From a virus (lineage: Duplodnaviria; Caudoviricetes): a DNA stretch of 54,208 nt. Location: the IMG/VR virus record IMGVR_UViG_3300029787_000063, positions 1 to 54,208 of that record; one strand, 5' to 3'. The stretch's first letter is position 1. The number at the start of each line of letters is the position of its first letter. The position numbers and the translations under genes are program-made. The notes beneath the pieces are model-generated. The model worked only from the letters and a program-made list of their open reading frames with translations. It did no database searches and had not been told where the DNA came from. Of this stretch, positions 44,367-54,149 are shown one piece after another.

Positions 44367-46784
44367 TTATCTAGGGTCAAATGCACCTAAATCAAAACCA
44401 CCTCCTAGTATATCATTACCTGCAGACTCAAAGTTTTTAGGTGGTTTATCTGTTTTTCTTTGATCAATCATCTCGCTTTGCTGAGTTGCTTGAATTTTTG
44501 TTCTTTCATCTTTACGGTCTTCTTTTTCTTTGTCTCTTGTTTTTTGACCTTCAACTTCTAAGTTTTTTAATTGCATGTTCATTTCAAACTCTAATTGCAT
44601 TAACTCTTTTTTATGCTCAACTTCTTGCATCATTTTTTGCGAATCTAGCTGTGCTTTCATTTGCTCTAGCTGCGCTTGGTTTTGTGTTATAGCTTGATTT
44701 TTTTGAACTTCTGCTTGAGCAGCTACTTGTTGTGACTGTGCATTAGCTTGTGCTTGTGCTTGAATATTTTGTTGTTGTAATACTTGATCTCTTACAATTT
44801 TCTTTTTTCTACGTATTTTAAGCATTTCATTTGCTAGCTTAACGTTCTTTATATTTCTAAGATCAATAGCATCTTCAAGCTCTATATTTTGTTGTTGTAG
44901 TGCCATTTGAATATTATTCTCAAGCATAGCTTTTTCTTCTTCATCAGGTGATAATTCTAAAAATATACCAAAGTCATACAAGTGTAAGCTTGACATTTCT
45001 TCAAGTGTAGCAACATTATGTACACCTATAGCTTGAATAAAAGCTTCTTTAGTTGGTGAATATTCTATAATATCAGATATTCTAAGCGATAAACACTCTG
45101 CTATTTCAGAAGTTATAAATAAGCCAGCTTGCAATATATGTCTTGTAGCTGTATTACTATTTGCAGCTGCTAATTTTTGTACACCTACTAAAGCATTTTT
45201 ATCTGGCATACTACCGTCTCTTGCTTCATTAAGACCAGTTACATCTCTTATCATTTGTAAGTAATAGTTGTAATTACCTATAAGTGCTTGCATTTTTTGT
45301 CCACCAGCCGCGGATGTTATTTCTTGTATTGGTACTTTACCAGGATTCATATCACCATCTTGTGTAAACGATCTACCAATAACACTACCTGTTTGGAAGA
45401 ACATGTTTAAAGCTTCTTGTGGATTATAGTTTGTACCATTACCTAAATCTATTTCAGCTAAACCATCAGCATCTAAATAAACACCATCAGGCACCATACG
45501 TGACATTACTTGTTGTAGTTTTAAATGAGTAAGTTGTATCATGTCTGCAAAACCAGTTATACGTTTTACTAACGAATCTATTTTGCCTTCGTACATACGT
45601 GGAGCTACAATACTGTAATTCATTTTAACTTTAGTAAAATCACTTTTAGGTCTCATCATGTTTTTAGACATTTCCCACTTAAGTAATTTATTTGTACCTA
45701 ATATTAAAGCACCTTCATAAAGAGTTTCTATAGATCTTAATAGCTTACTAAAACCACCTTCCATATTTTCTGGTGGATCAAACTGATCATCTTTAGGTAT
45801 TATTTTATCTGCACCAGTACCTGTTTCTTTTATTTTATAAACTTCATTCATATAAGTTTTATAATTAAAATATAAAACTTGAATTGTGTTATTATCTTCT
45901 TTTTTCTTATCGTAACGGGTGTTATAATTACCTCTATTATAATTTTTATTATTCATTATATCCTCAAGATCTTCATGTTCTAAATGAGGAAATTGTTTTG
46001 CAAGCTCGTTAACAGGTATTGACTTAACTTCACCAACATAATATATATCATCAAAATACGGTGAGTCTGTGTATGAATAAACTAAATCAGCTGGATCAAC
46101 GTAATCTATAGTAACACCTTCAGAAGTTGTAAAATTAGTTTTAGCTGCACCTATACCTAATACAGTTAAATCATAATAGAAACGTTTTTTAGTTAATTCG
46201 TATTTATTACCTTCCATTAAAACATTCAAAGCTTGCTCTTCTGCTATTTCAACAGCTTGTTTATAATTAAGCTGCATGTGTAAATCTAGTTCTTGCTGTG
46301 TTACAGGCAGAGTGTTTGGATCATTTTCATAAAGATCAATACCCATTGTTTCCTGTGCAGTGTCATTAAACTCTCTACTTTGCATGTCTCTCATTATAGA
46401 TTCCATGTATTCTGTTCTTTTAGCAATACCGTGTGGATCTTGAGAATAAGCTTTTATATCATAAGTTCTTTCAGCAATACCATTAACTACTATATCTACA
46501 AACTTTGCTATTATAGGTACTGGCGTCCAGTCTAAATTTAAATAAGACAAATCACCATTAATAGATAATTCATCTTTGTATTTTTGTATTGATTGTTCAC
46601 CTCTAGCGTAAAGCCTTAGTTTATGAAAATCATTGCGAGTGTTCATGTATCTATTTAGACTAGTATCGTCGTTAAACCACTCATGCTCTATAGCTTTAGC
46701 AACTTTTAAACCATAGTCATAACTTAACTTTTCAGCATCACTTACAACTTGACTAGGAAAATAACTTTTGTTAGAATATGCCAT
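44367..46784 (-). CDS. portal protein
   Basis: 805 aa directly after TerL; PIIAKFVDIVVNG, IRDVTGLNEARDG and a C-terminal Q-rich coiled-coil barrel. Confidence 0.88.
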   Translation of the reverse strand: MAYSNKSYFPSQVVSDAEKLSYDYGLKVAKAIEHEWFNDDTSLNRYMNTRNDFHKLRLYARGEQSIQKYKDELSINGDLSYLNLDWTPVPIIAKFVDIVVNGIAERTYDIKAYSQDPHGIAKRTEYMESIMRDMQSREFNDTAQETMGIDLYENDPNTLPVTQQELDLHMQLNYKQAVEIAEEQALNVLMEGNKYELTKKRFYYDLTVLGIGAAKTNFTTSEGVTIDYVDPADLVYSYTDSPYFDDIYYVGEVKSIPVNELAKQFPHLEHEDLEDIMNNKNYNRGNYNTRYDKKKEDNNTIQVLYFNYKTYMNEVYKIKETGTGADKIIPKDDQFDPPENMEGGFSKLLRSIETLYEGALILGTNKLLKWEMSKNMMRPKSDFTKVKMNYSIVAPRMYEGKIDSLVKRITGFADMIQLTHLKLQQVMSRMVPDGVYLDADGLAEIDLGNGTNYNPQEALNMFFQTGSVIGRSFTQDGDMNPGKVPIQEITSAAGGQKMQALIGNYNYYLQMIRDVTGLNEARDGSMPDKNALVGVQKLAAANSNTATRHILQAGLFITSEIAECLSLRISDIIEYSPTKEAFIQAIGVHNVATLEEMSSLHLYDFGIFLELSPDEEEKAMLENNIQMALQQQNIELEDAIDLRNIKNVKLANEMLKIRRKKKIVRDQVLQQQNIQAQAQANAQSQQVAAQAEVQKNQAITQNQAQLEQMKAQLDSQKMMQEVEHKKELMQLEFEMNMQLKNLEVEGQKTRDKEKEDRKDERTKIQATQQSEMIDQRKTDKPPKNFESAGNDILGGGFDLGAFDPR

Positions 46785-46786
46785 AT

Positions 46787-49003
46787 TTATTCTTTGATTA
46801 TTTTAGACATATTTCCATTGTTTAAAAACTTAGAAATATGTATATTTAATTTTGGTTTTTCAATTTTAGCGTTTGGTGCATACAAGTGCCTATTACAAGC
46901 CATTATAGCTAATCCACTACTTATTGTAGCATCAAACTTTGTTCTTTTGTTTATATCAAACTTAGCCCAGTCATTTAATAACATATTAAAATAAATATTA
47001 CCAAATGTACCATCTTGCTTCATGCCTACATGCTCTTGTATGTACATTTCAATTGCCGCAGCGTGAGCTTGTTTTATATCTTCACTAGAGTTTGGTATAC
47101 CACCTATTTCTTTTTCAGCAACAGATAATTTGTTCCAAACTTTATCTGGTCGGTTCATACTAAAGCCTCTGTAACCTCTACGTCTTAAATAGTATAACAA
47201 TCTAGGTTTATTGTTTTCTGCTAGTATTGGCATGCCATAAAAAACTAACGCCATCAATACATCTTCAAAAAATATTTCAGCCGTAGGTGGTCTTGATAAG
47301 TATTCTAAAAAGAAGCTGTTAGCTGGAGCGTCCTCCATACTGAACTTAGTAAGTCCGTGAAGTGCTCCTTTCGAACCTTCACCATCTACGGTCCCGGATA
47401 TATCATATGAGTCACATCCAAAAGCACCCATATGTTCATTACCAGGATATTTAATACCATTTTTAATTACCACTCTATTTTGTAATTGCTGAGGTGGAAC
47501 CCAGCTAAGTTTAAACCTACCTTTTGGATCTGGATAAAATATAACACTACTATCTTTAATACCACCAACCCAAGCAAAATTTCCTTGTGTTACACCTAAG
47601 CTACTACTTAGCTCTTCGTTGTAATCTATTTGTTCGTATATTTTTACTAAATTAAATATACTATTTTTTGTTTCATCTCTAAATGCATGTTCAGTTGTTC
47701 TAGGGAACTGGCGATAAAATTCATTTAAAGCATCTTGATCGTCTTTTAAACCATCAGCTTCGTTTTGCCAGTTATCTATTACGCCTACATCTATTAGTTC
47801 ACCGTCTGGGGCAAAGACATCTGCGTCAGGTGTAGTAAATACTGGAACTCCGTACTCATCAATAAATCCTTCGTAGTTCCATTCCATTGGGATAAACAAA
47901 GAGTATAAACCAGACTTTGTCTGGCCATTTCTATTTCTCTTAGTGACATCTGATGCATTATATAGTTTTTTAAAATTGTCTCCACCTTTATCTAGCGCGT
48001 TTGAAGTCGAGCCCATCATACATTTACCAACTATTCTACTACCTAATCGCAAACATGTTTTTGTTACTCGCCAGTTATTTAATATATTATCAGGTCTTTC
48101 CCATTTACCACTCTCATCGTGTACTAACAAGTTTAGCTTTTCACCGTCATAACTATTATCACCTGTATTCTTCCAGTCAATAGTTGTATCTAAACCTTCT
48201 AAGTGTTCAACTTGTTCGTTAGCTGTTATCTTTTTTCTTGTAAACTTACTAGCTGGTACTCTATACGCAAGCTCTGACTTTGGCCTGTCCATACCATCTT
48301 GTATTGGTTTAAAGAAAAACGGGTAGTTAATACTAATCGGTACTACTTTATCTGTAAACATTTTTTTAGCATCACTACCTGTTTTAGATAATATCCCAAA
48401 TCTACTATCACTTGCTAATGTAGCTAAATTAACTGCTTCAGCAGATGACATAAACGAAAAACCGCTACGACGATTTTTAAGGTAACACATACCATAACAT
48501 CTTTTATCTGCTTTACAAGCTTCCCAGAATATATAAAATAATCTATTAGCTTCTCTAAAGTCTGGTGCACCTACATCTATTTTACTCCATTGTAAATACA
48601 TATAATGTGTACCCGTTATATATGTTGGTTTATTATTATTCATAAACCAAAAGCCTTCGTCTCTACGTTTAAACTCTTCGTCTATATAATCAAACCATTT
48701 ATCTTTTTGTTCTTCTGGATACGCTCTCCAGTCAAAAATATTTTTAAGCCTTGATAATTCTTTTGGCTGTTCTTGTTTTACCCACTTTTTTAATCCGTGT
48801 ATGTGCAGTCGCACTGGTCGTCTTGGCAATGCGATTTGCAAATTTTGTATTTCAAGTATTTCACCAATTTGCCCAGTTTTTGAGATAACAACGAGATCAT
48901 GTTCTTTATTATATCCATATTTCCATTTTTTAGATTTATTAAGTCTATTAATTGTAGTTTTTTTTACAGGCTCTATAACCTTAACTAAATTTTGCTCGTA
49001 CAT
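46787..49003 (-). CDS. terL: terminase large subunit
   Basis: Walker A KNRRSGFS, Walker B LLVHDESGK, coupling motif GSTS, nuclease FGCDSYD and LAENN. Confidence 0.92.
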   Translation of the reverse strand: MYEQNLVKVIEPVKKTTINRLNKSKKWKYGYNKEHDLVVISKTGQIGEILEIQNLQIALPRRPVRLHIHGLKKWVKQEQPKELSRLKNIFDWRAYPEEQKDKWFDYIDEEFKRRDEGFWFMNNNKPTYITGTHYMYLQWSKIDVGAPDFREANRLFYIFWEACKADKRCYGMCYLKNRRSGFSFMSSAEAVNLATLASDSRFGILSKTGSDAKKMFTDKVVPISINYPFFFKPIQDGMDRPKSELAYRVPASKFTRKKITANEQVEHLEGLDTTIDWKNTGDNSYDGEKLNLLVHDESGKWERPDNILNNWRVTKTCLRLGSRIVGKCMMGSTSNALDKGGDNFKKLYNASDVTKRNRNGQTKSGLYSLFIPMEWNYEGFIDEYGVPVFTTPDADVFAPDGELIDVGVIDNWQNEADGLKDDQDALNEFYRQFPRTTEHAFRDETKNSIFNLVKIYEQIDYNEELSSSLGVTQGNFAWVGGIKDSSVIFYPDPKGRFKLSWVPPQQLQNRVVIKNGIKYPGNEHMGAFGCDSYDISGTVDGEGSKGALHGLTKFSMEDAPANSFFLEYLSRPPTAEIFFEDVLMALVFYGMPILAENNKPRLLYYLRRRGYRGFSMNRPDKVWNKLSVAEKEIGGIPNSSEDIKQAHAAAIEMYIQEHVGMKQDGTFGNIYFNMLLNDWAKFDINKRTKFDATISSGLAIMACNRHLYAPNAKIEKPKLNIHISKFLNNGNMSKIIKE

Positions 49004-49281
49004 TACTTAGATCTACCTTCTGCGAATCCTTTAAAGACTTTTTCCTCTCTCTTTTCAGGTGCTTTGCCCTCAAGCAAGTTTTCTTCTTCTTGGATTCTGT
49101 TAAGTATTTCAAACGCGTCAAATATAGCTAGTTTTTTAGTAGCTGCAGCATTTTTTAATCTATCAGCAGAGACATCATCTTCTGTATTAGTAATAATCTT
49201 TTCTCTAGCTACATTGATAAGTTCTTCAACCGCTCTGTGCCCAGCTTGGATTATAAGTTTCTTCGTGTCCTTGATATTCAT
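49003..49281 (-). CDS. putative terminase small subunit
   Basis: 92-aa helical protein translationally coupled (TAATG) to terL; the function is inferred from position only. Confidence 0.5.
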   Translation of the reverse strand: MNIKDTKKLIIQAGHRAVEELINVAREKIITNTEDDVSADRLKNAAATKKLAIFDAFEILNRIQEEENLLEGKAPEKREEKVFKGFAEGRSK

Positions 49282-49813
49282 ATTTAATTGTAATAAATTT
49301 AGATAAAACTCTATATAATTTTTGTCCGTCTATTACGAACTCATATTCGCTGTTAGGCGTAAAGCCAACTAAGTCACCTTTATTAAAACCTTTGTCAGCA
49401 TATTCTATAACACCTATCAATGGTTGCTCTTGATTAATATTAAAGTTATCTGTGTTTTTAATTGGTTTTACAAAACAATAACCAGGCATTGGCTTCCATC
49501 GTTCGTTATAGTGTGCAAATATTTGATCTTGTGATATAATGTATATATCTTCGTTAAAATAACTTTTACTATTTCTTTCAATACCTTTTACATCGTGCCA
49601 TCTGCGAAACACGTTATGATGTACTATAACCGTATTACCAGGCTTTATATTATTATAACCAATTATAGGTGTAGATATAACTTCTGCTTGTCTATTAGTG
49701 TATTGATGATTATAAACTTCAGTATTAAGTATTAAATCTTTATCACTAACTTTTTTACTATTATTATATCTACTACCTTTTGGTTTTACAACGTAGTTGT
49801 AAACACTTTTCAT
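49226..49813 (-). CDS. protein with two GroES-like domains
   Basis: YVVKP...AEVISTP...IKPGNTVIVHH and CFVKPI...GVIEY...KGDLVGF, each resembling a cpn10 barrel. Confidence 0.6.
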   Translation of the reverse strand: MKSVYNYVVKPKGSRYNNSKKVSDKDLILNTEVYNHQYTNRQAEVISTPIIGYNNIKPGNTVIVHHNVFRRWHDVKGIERNSKSYFNEDIYIISQDQIFAHYNERWKPMPGYCFVKPIKNTDNFNINQEQPLIGVIEYADKGFNKGDLVGFTPNSEYEFVIDGQKLYRVLSKFITIKYEYQGHEETYNPSWAQSG

Positions 49814-50034
49814 TAGTACTCTAGGTTATATTCTACAGATACAGCCATGTTTTTATTAAAGTCTTTCCAAGGTAATACATCTTTTTTCTTTTTAATATAA
49901 ATAGAAAATTTATCTTCTTCTTCTAATATATCACAAATAGTATGACCTCCATATACTTCTTGACCAACAGCATAGTGCATAGCATCGTTCTTATAGTCTT
50001 TACCTATACTAATCTTTCTTATCAGCTTTGCCAT
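49813..50034 (-). CDS. hypothetical protein
   Basis: 73 aa, tightly coupled with its neighbours. Confidence 0.7.
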   Translation of the reverse strand: MAKLIRKISIGKDYKNDAMHYAVGQEVYGGHTICDILEEEDKFSIYIKKKKDVLPWKDFNKNMAVSVEYNLEY

Positions 50035-50320
50035 TTTCTTCTGCTTTTGTTTCAGGATAATTTATCGTACCATCTTGTATACTAATGTTATCAGTGCCGT
50101 AATCGTTTCTTAATTGAACTCTTAACTGTTCTATTCTTTGTTGAACTGATTCCATAGCTTTCATTAAAGCGTGTTTTCTAACTTCTATAGTACCAACTTC
50201 TGCTGTTAACTGATCTACAGTTCTAACAGAAGCTTGTAACGTAGCTAGCTCTTGTTCTTTAATTTTCTCAGGTTTAATACCTTTTAATTCTTTAATTTTT
50301 TTACTTGTGTTTTTTGCCAT
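50009..50320 (-). CDS. hypothetical coiled-coil protein
   Basis: 103 aa with a heptad pattern. Confidence 0.7.
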   Translation of the reverse strand: MAKNTSKKIKELKGIKPEKIKEQELATLQASVRTVDQLTAEVGTIEVRKHALMKAMESVQQRIEQLRVQLRNDYGTDNISIQDGTINYPETKAEENGKADKKD

Positions 50321-50340
50321 TTTATTTAATTTAATTGTTA

Positions 50341-51045
50341 TTATATGTTGTTTAAATACGAGTTTATATTTGATCTCTCTGACGAGCTTAATCCGTCATT
50401 ACATATTATAAGCTCGTATATATTCATTGTTTGTGCTGGAGCACCTACTCTATCTAAATCAAGAGTATTTGATATAGCAGTATTAGCACTAGTTGTAGAG
50501 CTTGATCCGTTGGCTGAAGCGAAAAAGTCACCATCACCATCTCTTTCAAATCCAGCTGTAAACTTAGTAGCATTAGCTAAACCAGCACCTCCTGGTATAG
50601 CCATATCATGTCTAGTACCACTTACTGGTTGTATTCTAAATTCTGTAGTTGTTTGAAATTTTATAAATTCTGAATCATTTGATTTTTCTAGTAATACATC
50701 GTTAAAATTACTACTTTTAACTCTACAGTATACTGCAAATTTACCTAAAGTCAACCCTGTTCCAAACTCTAAAGTATCTCCTGATTGTTGAAAAAATACA
50801 GATCCATCCGCGTGATGATGAGGCATTACATCTGTATCATCAGTAGCAGAAGGTGTTAAATTATTACTATTACCAGATTGATCAGCCCACACTGTTATTG
50901 CAGTAGTTACATCACCTACAGTAGTAGTAGTAATACCTGTATTATATTTATACCAAGCTATTAACTTGTCACCAAGCTCTGTTGGTTCCCATGCAATATA
51001 TTCATTACCACCTATCTTATAAAATCCTACGCCTAGTCCTAACAT
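50341..51045 (-). CDS. LamG/concanavalin A-like lectin-fold virion protein
   Basis: LIAWY, WADQSGNSNNL and IYELIICNDGLSSSERSNINSYL patterns. Confidence 0.7.
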   Translation of the reverse strand: MLGLGVGFYKIGGNEYIAWEPTELGDKLIAWYKYNTGITTTTVGDVTTAITVWADQSGNSNNLTPSATDDTDVMPHHHADGSVFFQQSGDTLEFGTGLTLGKFAVYCRVKSSNFNDVLLEKSNDSEFIKFQTTTEFRIQPVSGTRHDMAIPGGAGLANATKFTAGFERDGDGDFFASANGSSSTTSANTAISNTLDLDRVGAPAQTMNIYELIICNDGLSSSERSNINSYLNNI

Positions 51046-51434
51046 TATATACCTATGTAAGCTATAAAAGTACCTGAAGCCGGATTAATACTTGTCCACC
51101 TACCGTAAATAGTAAGTCCTTTTGGAAAAGTATTGCTAACATCAACTACAACACCTCCAGAACCAAGTGTAGCTGTTGACGAAGATTCGTCATGAGCTGC
51201 GTCATCAGCAGTTCCATCTGTATCTCTAGCAAATACAGTACCTATATATTCTAAACCATTACCACTATCATTATCCGCTACTAAACCAGCTGATGTGTCA
51301 AAAGTTACATCTGTTAACATTGTTATAGCTACAAATACTTTTCCAGTTGGAGGAGCCATAGCAGCTGTACCGTCGTTAAATGCAGAGCCTAATTGACCAA
51401 AGCCATATGCTACTTCTGTTGAATTTTGTCCCAT
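51045..51434 (-). CDS. putative virion structural protein
   Basis: G/T/A-rich; C-terminal FPKGLTIYGRWTSI...IAYIG. Confidence 0.65.
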   Translation of the reverse strand: MGQNSTEVAYGFGQLGSAFNDGTAAMAPPTGKVFVAITMLTDVTFDTSAGLVADNDSGNGLEYIGTVFARDTDGTADDAAHDESSSTATLGSGGVVVDVSNTFPKGLTIYGRWTSINPASGTFIAYIGI

Positions 51435-51820
51435 TATTTTTTTACTTTTTCTAGTGATCTACCGCCAAAATAAGCACCAATCACTGTTATTAATACTAAT
51501 TGTAATAAGTCTGTCCATTTGTCTTGTACTTGAAATGTAATAACGCCAGCATCAATAAATATCAATAATACTGTTGCTACTACTAAAAATACTAAGACTA
51601 ACGGCCTTATATTTTTACTTAACCATGAATCACTGTTCATGTCTAACTTCCATCTCTCTGTTACTTGCTTTTGCATCTCAGCCTCGTAACCCATAATCAT
51701 ATCTTTAATTTTTCTTTCAGCATCTAGCTTTTCTTCTGCAGATGTATGTAGATTATCTATAACTCCACCTACGTTTTTAACTAGTTCTGCTGTACCTTTT
51801 GATAATAAATTTCCTAACAT
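51434..51820 (-). CDS. holin (GTA/3TM-holin-like)
   Basis: RWKLDMNSDSWLSKNIRP followed by two TM helices and AYFGGRSLEK. Confidence 0.8.
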   Translation of the reverse strand: MLGNLLSKGTAELVKNVGGVIDNLHTSAEEKLDAERKIKDMIMGYEAEMQKQVTERWKLDMNSDSWLSKNIRPLVLVFLVVATVLLIFIDAGVITFQVQDKWTDLLQLVLITVIGAYFGGRSLEKVKK

Positions 51821-51830
51821 ATTTTAATTT

Positions 51831-52133
51831 TTAATATCCACCGCCTCCAGTAGAAGGTGGTGTATAAGTTGGTTGTTGCTGTATTGGTTGTTGTACAGGT
51901 TGTGAAACTTGTATTGGTTGAGCAACTGATTGAACTTGTTGTGTAGGTTGAGCAGCTATTAAACTACCAGAGCTTTGTCTTGATTTTTCATGAGTAACAC
52001 CACCCATATAACCTACTATGTTTTTATATCTATGCGTATGGTAACCTTGCAGTCCTTCTGCCTCTGCATAAGCTAAAGCTTCGTTAACTGTGGAGTATAA
52101 TGGTATACCGTTTATTCTTGTTAATAATGCCAT
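51831..52133 (-). CDS. hypothetical protein with Q/P-rich tail
   Basis: Likely start ATG 52133 (MALLTRINGIPLY...GYHTH), immediately after the upstream stop. Confidence 0.65.
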   Translation of the reverse strand: MALLTRINGIPLYSTVNEALAYAEAEGLQGYHTHRYKNIVGYMGGVTHEKSRQSSGSLIAAQPTQQVQSVAQPIQVSQPVQQPIQQQPTYTPPSTGGGGY

Positions 52134-52134
52134 A

Positions 52135-52563
52135 CTATATATTTCCGTTACCTGTGTTAGCTTCTTGTTCCCAAGGAAAATCATGCGCCCCAGCTTCTTT
52201 TGCTACGCCATCTACTATAATCATATCTTTACCATTAATAGTTCTTCTTGGATATGTGTTACCGTTCCATTTAACAAAATTATCACCATATGCTAGCTTA
52301 CCTATTTTCATATCTGTAGCATGACGCATCTCATGATTTATAACTTGTTTTTCTTCTTTACTACCTGGTACTATTTGATCACTAATAAATATACTACCAT
52401 CCATATTAGCTTCACCCATAATACCTTCACCTAACGGTTTTCTTATAACAGGTGTACCAGGTACAGATGCATCGCCACCAGCTTCTTTACCGAAGCGTAG
52501 TTTTGTTTTTATTACACCGTTAACAGCGTAATTACCTATACTTTTACCTAGTTTAAATCCCAT
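52135..52563 (-). CDS. small zincin-like metallopeptidase
   Basis: GEANMDGSIFI, INHEMRH (HExxH) and a downstream PWEQEA third-ligand motif. Confidence 0.8.
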   Translation of the reverse strand: MGFKLGKSIGNYAVNGVIKTKLRFGKEAGGDASVPGTPVIRKPLGEGIMGEANMDGSIFISDQIVPGSKEEKQVINHEMRHATDMKIGKLAYGDNFVKWNGNTYPRRTINGKDMIIVDGVAKEAGAHDFPWEQEANTGNGNI

Positions 52564-53003
52564 TATCTATCTTTATCTTTTATCATATCATCTATAGATT
52601 TATTATAAACCTTGTCTGTATATGATTTGTTATTGTAAAAAATACTTCGCTCAGACGTAGGCATATCTTCTTCGCCTAAAAGTATTCTGTATATTCTACT
52701 TATCATTTGACTACATTTAAAAGATGTTTTAAATACAGAGTATTTTATAGTTGTTCTGTTTCTATGTCTCCATACTTCTATCCAACCATCTCTTCGCAAT
52801 CTCTCCCAACGGTTTTTGTCCCATGAATATGTGTAAGTACCGTCTAAAAACTCGTTTCGTGTAAATCTTTTTTTACAATCTAAATAAATTAATAATTCTA
52901 AATCTGCATCTTTTAACCCGTAAGTTTTACAGACCCACTTTCTAGTGAGCCTGTAATACTTAAGGATATTCATATCACGCAGATCCTGCGCGGTTAATCT
53001 CAT
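52563..53003 (-). CDS. putative winged-helix DNA-binding protein
   Basis: YGLKDADLELLIYL...WERLRRDGWIEVW...FKTSFKC resembles a MarR-type wHTH pattern. Confidence 0.5.
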   Translation of the reverse strand: MRLTAQDLRDMNILKYYRLTRKWVCKTYGLKDADLELLIYLDCKKRFTRNEFLDGTYTYSWDKNRWERLRRDGWIEVWRHRNRTTIKYSVFKTSFKCSQMISRIYRILLGEEDMPTSERSIFYNNKSYTDKVYNKSIDDMIKDKDR

Positions 53004-53006
53004 CTA

Positions 53007-53336
53007 TTACGCATCAAGCGTTATAGTACAAGATAAAATGTTTGGATGTAAGAACACAGAGTTTACATCATCACAAACAACTAAAAGTCCGTCGTCAGTG
53101 TTTCTTTGACCATTAATTGCTCTTGCAATTTCTGACATAACAGCTTTTTCAGTGTCAGCAGTAATAGTTAGCGTAATTAAATCGATGTTGTCTTCTTCAA
53201 CCGTAGTGTCCATTGCAGAACCTTCAAATTTCAAAAGTAACGCACCATCACCAGCACAAGTCATACCTAATAATCTTGAAGCTGGATACGTAGCCGCATC
53301 ATCACCGTCGTCGATAAACATTAAAAATTTTTCCAT
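53007..53336 (-). CDS. putative structural protein, paralog of the 9300..9908 N-terminal domain
   Basis: 109 aa, acidic; aligned by eye. Confidence 0.65.
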   Translation of the reverse strand: MEKFLMFIDDGDDAATYPASRLLGMTCAGDGALLLKFEGSAMDTTVEEDNIDLITLTITADTEKAVMSEIARAINGQRNTDDGLLVVCDDVNSVFLHPNILSCTITLDA

Positions 53337-53424
53337 TTTGTTTTGTTTTGTTTGATTAATAATTCGTTTTAATTTTTAAGTTTTAGGTTTAAGGTTTTTA
53401 GTTTAGGTTTAATCTGTTAATTTA

Positions 53425-53832
53425 CTATGATACTGTAATATGTGCTACATCAGCAGCGTAACCAGTTACACAGAAATTTGTACCGTTAAATAAAACAGTA
53501 CACGTGTCTCCTAGTACTGCTCCAGAGATAAATACTATTTCATCAACTGCAGTTTCTGCATGAGTAGCAGCACCACCATCAGCACCAGCTATACCACCAA
53601 CTATTAAGTCTTCAGCAGTGTTGTTTGCGATTGTTACCGCGTTTGCAGCTACAGTTCCTATAACAAACGTTGCGTTCCATCCATCTGAAATTGTACTTGC
53701 TAAAGGCAATGTAATTTCATATGCAGATGCTTGATTAATGTTAAACACAGTGCCAGAATCACTAGCTTTTAAAACCTTAGCAGCAGCAACGTCTACTACG
53801 TTTTTTCTTGTATTAAAAAATACTCTTCCCAT
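53425..53832 (-). CDS. putative virion decoration/fibre-like protein
   Basis: LKASDSGTVF...ITLPLA...GWNATF motif typical of phage fibre/decoration beta domains. Confidence 0.6.
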   Translation of the reverse strand: MGRVFFNTRKNVVDVAAAKVLKASDSGTVFNINQASAYEITLPLASTISDGWNATFVIGTVAANAVTIANNTAEDLIVGGIAGADGGAATHAETAVDEIVFISGAVLGDTCTVLFNGTNFCVTGYAADVAHITVS

Positions 53833-53867
53833 TTTTAATTGTTTTTAGTTAATAATTTGTTTTAATC

Positions 53868-53892
53868 GCTATCACCGGGTTGTAGTGATAAC
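53868..53892 (-). other. intergenic stem-loop after groES
   Basis: Minus strand GTTATCACT-ACAACCC-GGTGATAGC (two G-U pairs); no U-tract follows. Confidence 0.45.
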
Positions 53893-54149
53893 TAGCACAC
53901 TAAAACAACATCACCATCACGAATAACTCTATAAAGAGCGTCTTTCCATGATATGTCGTGTCCAGCATGTTTATCGTAATATATCACATCTTCATCTTTT
54001 AAACCTTCTACAAGATTTCCACACGATATTATTTTTGCTTTTATATAACGGTTGTCTTTATCAGTTTCATCTGTCATGATCAATCCAGCAACCTTTTTAG
54101 GCTCTGTCTTTATTTTATCTACTATTATATACCTATTGATTGCTTTCAT
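53892..54149 (-). CDS. groES: co-chaperonin GroES (cpn10)
   Basis: MKAINRYIIV, AGLIM mobile loop, AKIISCG, LKDEDVIYYDKHAG and VIRDGDVV. Confidence 0.85.
   Translation of the reverse strand: MKAINRYIIVDKIKTEPKKVAGLIMTDETDKDNRYIKAKIISCGNLVEGLKDEDVIYYDKHAGHDISWKDALYRVIRDGDVVLVC

Noticed and set aside
6465-53355. Many plus-strand ORFs opposite the minus-arm genes (e.g. 16752..17333, 18333..18863, 22575..23120, 25675..26196)
   Set aside because: They are antisense shadows with Ser/Phe/Leu-rich composition, non-ATG starts and full overlap with real genes.
53868-53892. Stem-loop after groES as an intrinsic terminator
   Set aside because: No U-tract follows on the coding strand, so it is kept only as an unassigned hairpin.
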